IMG/VR virus record: IMGVR_UViG_3300045988_045637
Coordinates: 1 to 5,925 of that record
Length of the DNA stretch: 5,925 nucleotides
Direction: 5' to 3' (one strand)
Origin: a virus
The stretch's first letter is position 1. Each line of letters opens with the position of its first letter. The notes beneath the pieces are model-generated. The model searched no databases. It saw only the letters and a list, made by a program, of their open reading frames with translations, and was not told the DNA's origin. Shown in pieces: positions 1-5,288 of the stretch. The translations under genes and the position numbers were made by a program.

Positions 1-119
1 ATTTTTTTTGTTACATAACCCGCAACATATCTATATGTTTCTGGAACCGCTTGTGCTATCTGTACTTGACCCATTCCCCATAGGTCTGCTAACCATTTAC
101 TGGTATAGTATCCGTTGTG
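1..119. repeat. Terminal redundancy of a circular genome (copy 1). Identical to 5807-5925.
   Basis: Hand alignment: a + 8 t + gttacataacccgcaacatatc...tccgttgtg at 1-119 matches 5807-5925 base for base. This implies a 5,806-nt circular unit. Confidence 0.95.
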
Positions 120-662
120 GTGAATCTTGTATAGATTTTCTAGGTCTTTTGGTCTCCATCCGTATAGAATCATGTGATAATGTGGTCTCGCTGTTTGTTC
201 TCCGTACTCACCGGCCACAAAATAGCGTAATTTGCCCCTGTAAGCCTTTCTGAGACGTTTTAAGAACTTTTGAATATCTTCATACAGCAAAATTTGAACA
301 CTACTAGGGAGCTTCTCTCCCGGCTTCCATGTGTACTGTACCTTTCGCATGATTTCACCTGTTTTTACTATCATGCCCGGTACATGGTCATCATCATAAG
401 TTAGCGTGATAAACCAGACTTCTTCTTTTGGATAGTCTCGTGCTTCCAGTTCGATTCTTGTCGTCCAATCTTCTCGTTGTCTGATTCTGCATCCAATACA
501 TTGCCCGCATGGAATTAACATGACTTTCGGATTATACATCAAATCTTCATATTTTAGCTGTTTCCCGCTTAGCTGTGAAAAGCGGGCGAGTGAATATACC
601 CGCCCGCTCTGCTCTCTATCGCCCGGGTTGTACAGCCTTATTAACGGCTTGTAACAACTCAT
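1..662 (-). CDS. VP4: Replication initiation protein VP4 (HUH rolling-circle endonuclease), 5' portion. It runs off the window start and continues at 5806 downward. The full CDS is 5449-5806 joined to 1-662 (1,020 nt, 339 aa).
   Basis: Manual translation from the ATG at 662-660: MSCYKPLIRLYNPGDRE...PCGQCIGCR...FITLTYD (RCR motif I, 396-413)...RPHYHMILYG (HUH motif II, 174-182)...YVAGYVTKK (two-tyrosine motif III, 6-29). The start codon overlaps the VP2 stop (ATGA, 659-662). AGGTGA lies about 9 nt upstream. Confidence 0.92.
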   Translation of the reverse strand, partial: MSCYKPLIRLYNPGDREQSGRVYSLARFSQLSGKQLKYEDLMYNPKVMLIPCGQCIGCRIRQREDWTTRIELEARDYPKEEVWFITLTYDDDHVPGMIVKTGEIMRKVQYTWKPGEKLPSSVQILLYEDIQKFLKRLRKAYRGKLRYFVAGEYGEQTARPHYHMILYGWRPKDLENLYKIHHNGYYTSKWLADLWGMGQVQIAQAVPETYRYVAGYVTKK

Positions 663-1531
663 TTTAGATAATCACCTGGCTTTCTTTTTGCGCCGTAGTC
701 TCCTGTTTTATTCTGCATTGGGTTTTCTGGTTTGTGTCCTACTTTGCTACTGCCTTTTGTTTTATTTGTGATATCTCCAATTGTTTTGTTTGTTTCGTTA
801 TCGATATTTGTTAGTGCTTTCATTAGGCCGTAAGGACTTAAATGTGTTTCACTTAGCATTTGATTCCAGCTTTGCGAAGCGTTATACCAATCTGATTTAC
901 TCCAACTTGTGCTGCTGTACGAGTTTGGAACAAATCCGTTGCTTCTGCTGACTCCTAGTGCGCTGCTGCTTGCTAGTCCCATGCTTGCTCCGCTGATTGT
1001 TCCTGCAGACCCTCCAGGTGTGCTTGCTCCACCGTTTGCAAATGCTAGAATTGGGTTTATACCTGCCTTTTTCATGTCCTCAACCGCTCTTTGATATGAT
1101 GTGTTGCTCATACGCTCTTGAAACTGTCTGTTTGCTAGTGCTTCGGCGCTGTTGTAATTCATTGCGGTTGTGTTTTCGATGTGGTTATATACGCCTTGCA
1201 TTATGGCTTGCATGGTGTTGTATCCCATCTGCTGAAGCATGCTTTTTTGGTTGTATTTTTGCTGTGCTATGCCCTCTGCGCTTTGATATCCATACGCTTG
1301 CTGTAAATATTTTGCGATTTGTTCGTCATTCGTACCGGATTGGCTCCCGCTTACGGATGCTCCACCGCCTTGGCTTACACTTCCTCCGCTGCTTTGTCCT
1401 GTTCCTTCGTTTCCCCAACCGCCAAAAGCGCCTGTAACGTTTTTTACTGCGCCTGTTATGCTTCCTATGCTTGTTGCGACATTGCCAAGTATGTTTACTC
1501 CTCTTAAAATTGCTCCCCAAGGAATTGCCAT
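659..1531 (-). CDS. VP2: DNA pilot / minor capsid protein VP2
   Basis: 290-aa ORF directly downstream of VP1. It has a hydrophobic Gly/Ser-rich N-terminus and the segment NTSYQRAVEDMKKAGINPILAF, which matches the conserved core I recall from microvirus pilot proteins. Its stop overlaps the Rep start. Confidence 0.85.
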   Translation of the reverse strand: MAIPWGAILRGVNILGNVATSIGSITGAVKNVTGAFGGWGNEGTGQSSGGSVSQGGGASVSGSQSGTNDEQIAKYLQQAYGYQSAEGIAQQKYNQKSMLQQMGYNTMQAIMQGVYNHIENTTAMNYNSAEALANRQFQERMSNTSYQRAVEDMKKAGINPILAFANGGASTPGGSAGTISGASMGLASSSALGVSRSNGFVPNSYSSTSWSKSDWYNASQSWNQMLSETHLSPYGLMKALTNIDNETNKTIGDITNKTKGSSKVGHKPENPMQNKTGDYGAKRKPGDYLK

Positions 1532-1539
1532 TTTAAAAT

Positions 1540-1560
1540 AGCCGGGTTTTTGGCCCGGCT
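1540..1560 (-). promoter_or_regulatory. Intercistronic hairpin between VP1 and VP2. Possibly a leaky terminator and/or a structure that bridges the SD and the start codon.
   Basis: Minus strand reads TAA-AGAAAGGAGGA-AGCCGGG-CCAAAAA-CCCGGCT-ATTTTAAA-ATG. The stem is 7 bp (6 G:C) with a 7-nt loop, followed by a short T run. Confidence 0.6.
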
Positions 1561-1571
1561 TCCTCCTTTCT

Positions 1572-3281
1572 TTACATTTTTTCCAGACCCGGCACGCTAT
1601 ACAGCGGCATACAGCGTGTTGTATTGTTCATTACTCGAATTGCTCCAAAAAATTGTGGCTCGCTCTGAACAATCAGTGTTCTTGCAATTTCTGTTTTGCC
1701 CTCGTTCATCCATTCTTGACTGAGTGTCGGTACCTTGTCGTAGTTGTCCGCATAGTGCCAGAAGTCCAGCGTTCCTTGTGCGTTACTCCGCATTTTGCCG
1801 CTTACTCTGTTCGGCTTCATGCGATAGTCGGCCCAGGCTTCTTGATAACCGAAGGTTTCATCATCTGTGCTCGTGCCAGTAAACATGATTTCCTTCTTCT
1901 TTACAGGCTGTTCGCCTAGATTTGCGAACTGCGGGAAGTAGTAGTCCAGTCTGTCTGAGCGGCTCCAGAACCTTTCTAAGCCCTGCTGGTAACTATGGTC
2001 GTGGCGTACACACATGACACCGATAACAAAGCCGTGCTCTTCAAAGCTCTTTGTAAAGGAACTTTCATTGATAGGTGTTACTGACATTGCACCTGTTTCA
2101 CCAATAGGTGTGTCGTTTTCGGTCTGCTGTCCGCTGGTCTGCACGATCTGATTAACATTCACGTGATAGCGTCCGCCACCTAGATACTCAGGCACCTGAA
2201 CCGTTTTGTCACTGATGCTTACGCCAAAAATTGCCCTTACCTGCTCACGGTATCGACTGCCGCCACGTGCCAGTGCTTCATAGTAGTGCTGAACTGCAAA
2301 AGCCTGTCGGAGTTGGTTGATGGTTGCCGCTTCGATTTTTGACAGGTCTGCGCCCAAGTATACTGCACTGCTTTCAGTGAGGCTATCATTTCCTTCGTTT
2401 ACGCCCAGTTTTACCGGGTTTCCTTCGCCTCCTGCTCCACCTACTAGCTGGATTCCTGCTGTTGCACTGTCAATTCCATTGAGGTAGTTTACTTCTGCAG
2501 ATTGGTTGATGTTTTTCAGTACTGTATCGCTGTATGGTCTTACAGGCGCATTCCCTGTCAGTCCGATTGTCACTTCCGGCCCTCGCTGAGGATACGGCAG
2601 ACACGATGAGAAATAATCGTGAAATTTGCTCACCGGTAGACAACGTGCGCCACTTACTGCATCTCTCAGAATCCCTTCTTCGTCACTGTCTTCGTTTAAA
2701 TCCGTATACTGAATCAGTGTTTCGTCTGTAAAGTTCGTCGCCGGATTTCCTACGTTTTGGTCTCTGAAAAATTCGTTCCAGATTTTCACATATGCCCGGA
2801 CTGGCAGTGCGTTTATGTACGTTATTCCGCTTCCTTCTTTTTCGTTGATTTTTGTCGGCACTCCCATGTAGTCCAGAATGCTTCCTTCTTTTGGCCCTTT
2901 CAGGTTTTCTTTTCCGTTTGTCTCTGCGTTTGATGCGATTTTGATTTTTGGCACTTCGTATGTTTTTGTTGGCATCCACGGTGCATCGTCTGCTTCTCCC
3001 ATGAAACGCTTGAAGTTGTCCCATAGAATTCTGTTAGGACAGTAGAAGTAATAAAAATCGATGTATGCATCGTCCATAACCGGAAATTTCGGTGTGCTCA
3101 TTCGGATGATCGCCGCGGTATTTACGCTGAAAGTATCGCCGGGTAATACTTCGTCAACGTAAAACGGGATGAGTTTTCCCGAGTCAAACGTTGTGAGAAT
3201 GTTCTGGTCTCTTTTGAATCGCGTTCGACTTACGTGCGTTTGCGGTACATTGTTGAAGTGCCTCTCGTTATTTCTGTTCAT
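1572..3281 (-). CDS. VP1: Major capsid protein VP1 (phiX174 F-like jelly-roll capsid protein)
   Basis: 569-aa ORF, the largest in the genome. The N-terminus ...RTRFKRDQNILTTFDSGKLIPFYVDEVLPGDTF...MSTPKFPVMDDAYIDFYYFYCPNRILWDNFKRFMGE matches the conserved gokushovirus VP1 pattern. Strong SD: AAGGAGGAAAGCA-ATG. Confidence 0.95.
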   Translation of the reverse strand: MNRNNERHFNNVPQTHVSRTRFKRDQNILTTFDSGKLIPFYVDEVLPGDTFSVNTAAIIRMSTPKFPVMDDAYIDFYYFYCPNRILWDNFKRFMGEADDAPWMPTKTYEVPKIKIASNAETNGKENLKGPKEGSILDYMGVPTKINEKEGSGITYINALPVRAYVKIWNEFFRDQNVGNPATNFTDETLIQYTDLNEDSDEEGILRDAVSGARCLPVSKFHDYFSSCLPYPQRGPEVTIGLTGNAPVRPYSDTVLKNINQSAEVNYLNGIDSATAGIQLVGGAGGEGNPVKLGVNEGNDSLTESSAVYLGADLSKIEAATINQLRQAFAVQHYYEALARGGSRYREQVRAIFGVSISDKTVQVPEYLGGGRYHVNVNQIVQTSGQQTENDTPIGETGAMSVTPINESSFTKSFEEHGFVIGVMCVRHDHSYQQGLERFWSRSDRLDYYFPQFANLGEQPVKKKEIMFTGTSTDDETFGYQEAWADYRMKPNRVSGKMRSNAQGTLDFWHYADNYDKVPTLSQEWMNEGKTEIARTLIVQSEPQFFGAIRVMNNTTRCMPLYSVPGLEKM

Positions 3282-3663
3282 TGCTTTCCTCCTTTTCTAC
3301 AGATACTTCTGCAACTTTTTTCTGATTTCGTTGGATTTCCATTGCCGCGGCTTGTGCTGTTGCTATCATGGCGTGATACTCGTGAATGTTTGTCGGCCAT
3401 TCCGTGATATCGATGATTTCATCTGTTTTTGCGCTGTCTGCCAGACTTTTGGCAAACTCAGGGTCAAAACTCGCTTTGCGGACAATGTTTTTGATGTCGC
3501 ACTCGTCTGCATAGCTTTCAATTTCAGCTTGAATGTCGATTGGTTCGGTTTCAATCAGCTTTTTTTCGCCTTTTTCGTCCTTGCCCCAGACGTACTGCTT
3601 GCGTAGTTTTTCGCCCGGATTTGAAAAGAAGGGCTTTCGCCCTTCCTCGTATCGTTTATTCAT
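3268..3663 (-). CDS. Putative internal scaffolding protein (VP3-like), 131 aa. This is the shortened version of track ORF 3268-3816.
   Basis: ATG at 3663 is preceded by GGGAGGG. It overlaps the upstream ORF's stop by 8 nt and the VP1 start by 14 nt. The protein is acidic and contains ADECDIKNIVRK, resembling the ..ECDIN.I..K motif I recall from gokushovirus VP3 scaffolds. The family assignment is from memory. Confidence 0.6.
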   Translation of the reverse strand: MNKRYEEGRKPFFSNPGEKLRKQYVWGKDEKGEKKLIETEPIDIQAEIESYADECDIKNIVRKASFDPEFAKSLADSAKTDEIIDITEWPTNIHEYHAMIATAQAAAMEIQRNQKKVAEVSVEKEESNEQK

Positions 3664-3898
3664 TCGGCTTGCCCTCCCAGACCTTATCCGGCTCGATGCT
3701 CTCAAATCGGCCGCTTTCATCGTCGAAGTTTGCGACGTGGTAGCCCTTGTAGTCCTCAGGCGACTGCCCAAGGAAGGTTTTTTCATCCTTTGCCATAATT
3801 GTGCACATCCGTGCAAACGTCTCGTTGCTCTTGCTTTCGCCGATGTAGCAGTAGCTTTTTGCTACGCTGTCGTAGATGCCATAGTATCCATGAATCAT
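3656..3898 (-). CDS. Small non-structural protein, gokushovirus VP5/ORF5-like
   Basis: 80-aa ORF with SD AAGGAGAAAAAAC-ATG. The pattern YDSVAKSY...FARM...SPEDYKGYHVANFDDESGRF resembles the YD.KA..Y / PEDY..(x)G.FDD.TG signature I recall from the small conserved gokushovirus protein encoded upstream of the structural genes. Confidence 0.6.
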   Translation of the reverse strand: MIHGYYGIYDSVAKSYCYIGESKSNETFARMCTIMAKDEKTFLGQSPEDYKGYHVANFDDESGRFESIEPDKVWEGKPNE

Positions 3899-3910
3899 GT
3901 TTTTTCTCCT

Positions 3911-3988
3911 TTACAGTCTGATGCCGCCCCGCATGGGTTTCTGGCTGAGGTTGATACTTTTCGTTTTTCGTGCCGTTACGTTGAACAT
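3911..3988 (-). CDS. Candidate 25-aa highly basic peptide (possible J/VP8-like DNA-packaging protein)
   Basis: Manual translation: MFNVTARKTKSINLSQKPMRGGIRL, with 6 K/R and no acidic residues. It fills an otherwise unexplained 97-nt gap. The ATG is 7 nt after the upstream TGA and its TAA lies immediately upstream of the next gene's SD. It has no SD of its own. Confidence 0.3.
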   Translation of the reverse strand: MFNVTARKTKSINLSQKPMRGGIRL

Positions 3989-3995
3989 ACGCTTG

Positions 3996-4241
3996 TCAGT
4001 GCGTGCCGGCATCCGCTGTCTGTGCTTCACTTGTGTACTCCCTTCTGATTAGCTCTAGCTCGATGTCGTTGGCCCATTTCTTCATAACCCAGATCCGGCT
4101 AATGATTTCTTCTGCATCTTTCAGTTCGGACACTTTCTTCATCATCTTGTATCCGGCTTCAATCTGCTTGTATAACCTTTCGGCTTCTAGCCTGAGTGTT
4201 TCTTCGGTCTGGTCTCTGACGTTCCATGTTTTAGTCAACAT
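3996..4241 (-). CDS. Hypothetical protein, 81 aa, predicted helical or coiled-coil
   Basis: ORF on the coding strand with charged, heptad-like composition (LRLEAERLYKQIEAGYKMMKKVSELKDAEEII). AAGGAGG lies upstream but 13 nt from the ATG. I recognised no motif. Confidence 0.55.
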   Translation of the reverse strand: MLTKTWNVRDQTEETLRLEAERLYKQIEAGYKMMKKVSELKDAEEIISRIWVMKKWANDIELELIRREYTSEAQTADAGTH

Positions 4242-4246
4242 TGTCT

Positions 4247-4351
4247 TTACTTTTCCTCCTTCAGAATGTGGTAAATCTCGTCCAGCTTTTCGAGGACGTT
4301 CTTAATTAGCTGGATTGCTTCCCTCAGGTCTTTGACCTTAATCAATGCCAT
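4247..4351 (-). CDS. Candidate 34-aa amphipathic helical peptide
   Basis: Manual translation: MALIKVKDLREAIQLIKNVLEKLDEIYHILKEEK. The ATG is 3 nt after the peptidase TAA with GGGGGTG upstream, and its TAA is 5 nt before the next ATG. It exactly fills the gap between 4241 and 4355. It is below the ORF-track size cutoff. Confidence 0.35.
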   Translation of the reverse strand: MALIKVKDLREAIQLIKNVLEKLDEIYHILKEEK

Positions 4352-4354
4352 GGG

Positions 4355-4738
4355 TTACACCCCCTTTCTGTATCGTTTTTCGCGCACATCAATGTGTGTG
4401 AAGTTTGTATATCTGACTATGCCGCCCTGTTCCATGATACTGTCCGCGTATTTTGCAACTTCTCTGCTGCTGTGTCCTTTCACTACGATGTCTGCTGCCA
4501 TTCCTTTGCAGTGGTAGCTGTTTGATGCTCCGTTTACTTTGCTGTTCCAGTTTGGTGTACGGTATCCGCTGCTGATAATGACCGGTGCGTTAAAGTGATT
4601 TCTGATCGTTTCTAAGATTGCGAGTAGCTCAGGTGACCATAAAAATTCTGTTGTTTTGTCTTTGCATCTAAACTCTTCTGCTTTGAAGTGTTGCGTTAGT
4701 CGGTCGTTGTTTGTTTGGTTTAAGATTGGTGTACTCAT
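4355..4738 (-). CDS. Zinc D-Ala-D-Ala-carboxypeptidase-type cell-wall peptidase (Peptidase M15, M15_3/M15A-like). Candidate lysin.
   Basis: 127-aa ORF with SD AAAGGTGATAAAAA-ATG. Motifs: FKAEEFRC, SGYRTPNWN, SYHCKGMAADI (H76, D83) and FTHIDV (H115). This is the H-x6-D...H zinc triad layout of the small phage/bacterial M15 peptidases. Confidence 0.8.
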   Translation of the reverse strand: MSTPILNQTNNDRLTQHFKAEEFRCKDKTTEFLWSPELLAILETIRNHFNAPVIISSGYRTPNWNSKVNGASNSYHCKGMAADIVVKGHSSREVAKYADSIMEQGGIVRYTNFTHIDVREKRYRKGV

Positions 4739-4793
4739 TTTTTATCACCTTTTAGCTCATAAAATTTATATGTTTCACGCTGGTCCCTTTTCG

Positions 4794-4973
4794 TCACATC
4801 CACATTATTTTGTTTTCTTTTTCTAGCTGGTGGATTCTTTGTCTTGACAGTTGGCAAGTCCTGTTATCCCAGCACCTCATCTTCTTGTTGTAAGTATAAG
4901 GGAACTTTATTCTGTTGTCAATTGGCGATTTGTACCATTTTACCTTTTTGTTTTCGGTGTATTCGTACATCAT
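4794..4973 (-). CDS. Hypothetical protein, 59 aa, first ORF after promoter P1. This is the shortened version of track ORF 4794-5027.
   Basis: ATGATG at 4973-4968 is preceded by AGAGAGGTAAGCAAT. The track's start at 5027 is a TTG that is actually part of the -35 box TTGACA. The protein is K/N/Y-rich with no recognised motif, and a second promoter lies inside the ORF. Confidence 0.45.
   Translation of the reverse strand: MMYEYTENKKVKWYKSPIDNRIKFPYTYNKKMRCWDNRTCQLSRQRIHQLEKENKIMWM
4893..4921 (-). promoter_or_regulatory. Promoter P2, sigma-70/sigma-A type, internal to the 59-aa ORF
   Basis: Minus strand: TTGACA (4921-4916), 17-nt spacer ACAGAATAAAGTTCCCT, then TATACT (4898-4893). It sits about 155 nt upstream of the peptidase start codon. 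Confidence 0.6.
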
Positions 4974-4998
4974 ATTGCTTACCTCTCTTTCTGACTCT

Positions 4999-5027
4999 AT
5001 TGTATCACATTTCTTTACGTTTGTCAA
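4999..5027 (-). promoter_or_regulatory. Promoter P1, sigma-70/sigma-A type with extended -10
   Basis: Minus strand: TTGACA (5027-5022), 17-nt spacer AACGTAAAGAAATGTGA, then TACAAT (5004-4999), with TG at the extended -10 position. An A/T-rich UP-like tract (GAAAAATTTT) lies just upstream, and an SD plus ATG about 20-30 nt downstream. Confidence 0.75.
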
Positions 5028-5053
5028 GTCCTCTGCAGAAAATTTTTCATTAG

Positions 5054-5104
5054 ATGGCCGCCGTTGCGCGCTACGCGGCGCAACTTCCAGCGAAGCGCGG
5101 CCGT
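5054..5104. other. GC-rich compound fold (predicted three-way junction)
   Basis: The outer stem pairs 5054-5061 with 5097-5104 (GGCCGC/GCGGCC core plus A:T and one G:T). Inner hairpin 1 is GTTGCGC (5063-5069) / GCGCAAC (5078-5084) with an 8-nt loop. The inner mini-hairpin is GCGAAGC (5090-5096). About 72% G+C by hand count, in an otherwise AT-rich spacer. Confidence 0.6.
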
Positions 5105-5140
5105 GACTTTCCCGCTCGATTCCGGACTGCTTCTATTGGG

Positions 5141-5243
5141 TTTTCAACATTTTCAACATAGTTTTCAACATTTCAACATTGTTAAACTTTAGCACAATAG
5201 AGTGTTTCAACAATTCAACAAGTTTTCAACAAATCTTTCAACA
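5141..5243 (+). repeat. Iteron array: 8 same-orientation copies of (T)TTCAACA in two clusters of four
   Basis: The TTCAACA core ends at 5149, 5158, 5170, 5178, 5212, 5220, 5231 and 5243. Four copies are the exact 9-mer TTTTCAACA (5141-5149, 5150-5158, 5162-5170, 5223-5231). Start-to-start spacing is 8-12 nt within clusters. The larger module AGTTTTCAACA...TTTCAACATTGTT occurs twice (5160-5183 and 5221-5248). Confidence 0.9.
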
Positions 5244-5288
5244 TTGTTTTTTGTTTATTTTTAACGCTCTAACGTTTTAAAATTATAG

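Noticed and set aside
2467-2472. TTGACA on the coding strand inside VP1, and TTGACA on the plus strand at 4844-4849, as additional promoters
   Set aside because: Neither has a recognisable -10 hexamer at 16-18 nt: CAGCTA follows the first and TCCCAG the second.
2683-3024. 113-aa extremely K/R-rich ORF in an alternative frame inside VP1 (same strand), and the similar 64-aa ORF at 1326-1520 inside VP2. These could be overprinted genes, as in phiX174.
   Set aside because: There is no SD before the ATG at 3024, where the upstream sequence is CTAACAGAATTCT. The 1520 start is a TTG 11 nt inside VP2 with no RBS of its own. Lys/Arg richness is the expected by-product of reading purine-rich codons out of frame. 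Conservation analysis in relatives could still reopen the question.
3664-3816. 51-aa Arg/Ser/Thr-rich N-terminal extension of the VP3-like ORF (track ORF 3268-3816), overlapping the VP5-like gene in another frame
   Set aside because: The track's start at 3816 is a TTG, and the in-frame ATGs at 3786 and 3720 lack properly spaced SD sites. The ATG at 3663, by contrast, has GGGAGGG upstream and an overlap typical of translational coupling with the preceding stop.
4974-5027. 18-codon N-terminal extension of the first ORF (track ORF start at 5027)
   Set aside because: The supposed start codon is the TTG of the -35 hexamer TTGACA, and the extension spans the promoter spacer and -10 box. The SD-preceded ATGATG at 4973 is the credible start.
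8-5106. All plus-strand ORFs in the track (8-253, 909-1094, 997-1437, 1319-1507, 1653-1919, 2534-2731, 3169-3606, 3533-4048, 3540-3743, 4003-4305, 4332-4517, 4844-5053, 4915-5106)
   Set aside because: Each lies antisense to a well-supported minus-strand gene or across the promoter and non-coding region. I found no Shine-Dalgarno site upstream of the few starts I inspected. Their Cys/Leu/Phe/Ser-rich low-complexity composition is typical of shadow frames. A few stop-free frames of 100-170 codons are expected by chance in the non-coding frames of a 5.8-kb genome.
5141-5243. The iterons read on the coding strand (TGTTGAA) as Spo0A 0A boxes (TGTCGAA), or the array as a CRISPR-like repeat
   Set aside because: Every copy lacks the central CG of the 0A box, so the resemblance is 6 of 7 at a critical position. 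The units are 7-9 nt long with gaps of only 0-3 nt (about 26 nt between the two clusters). They have no spacers or repeat length compatible with CRISPR.
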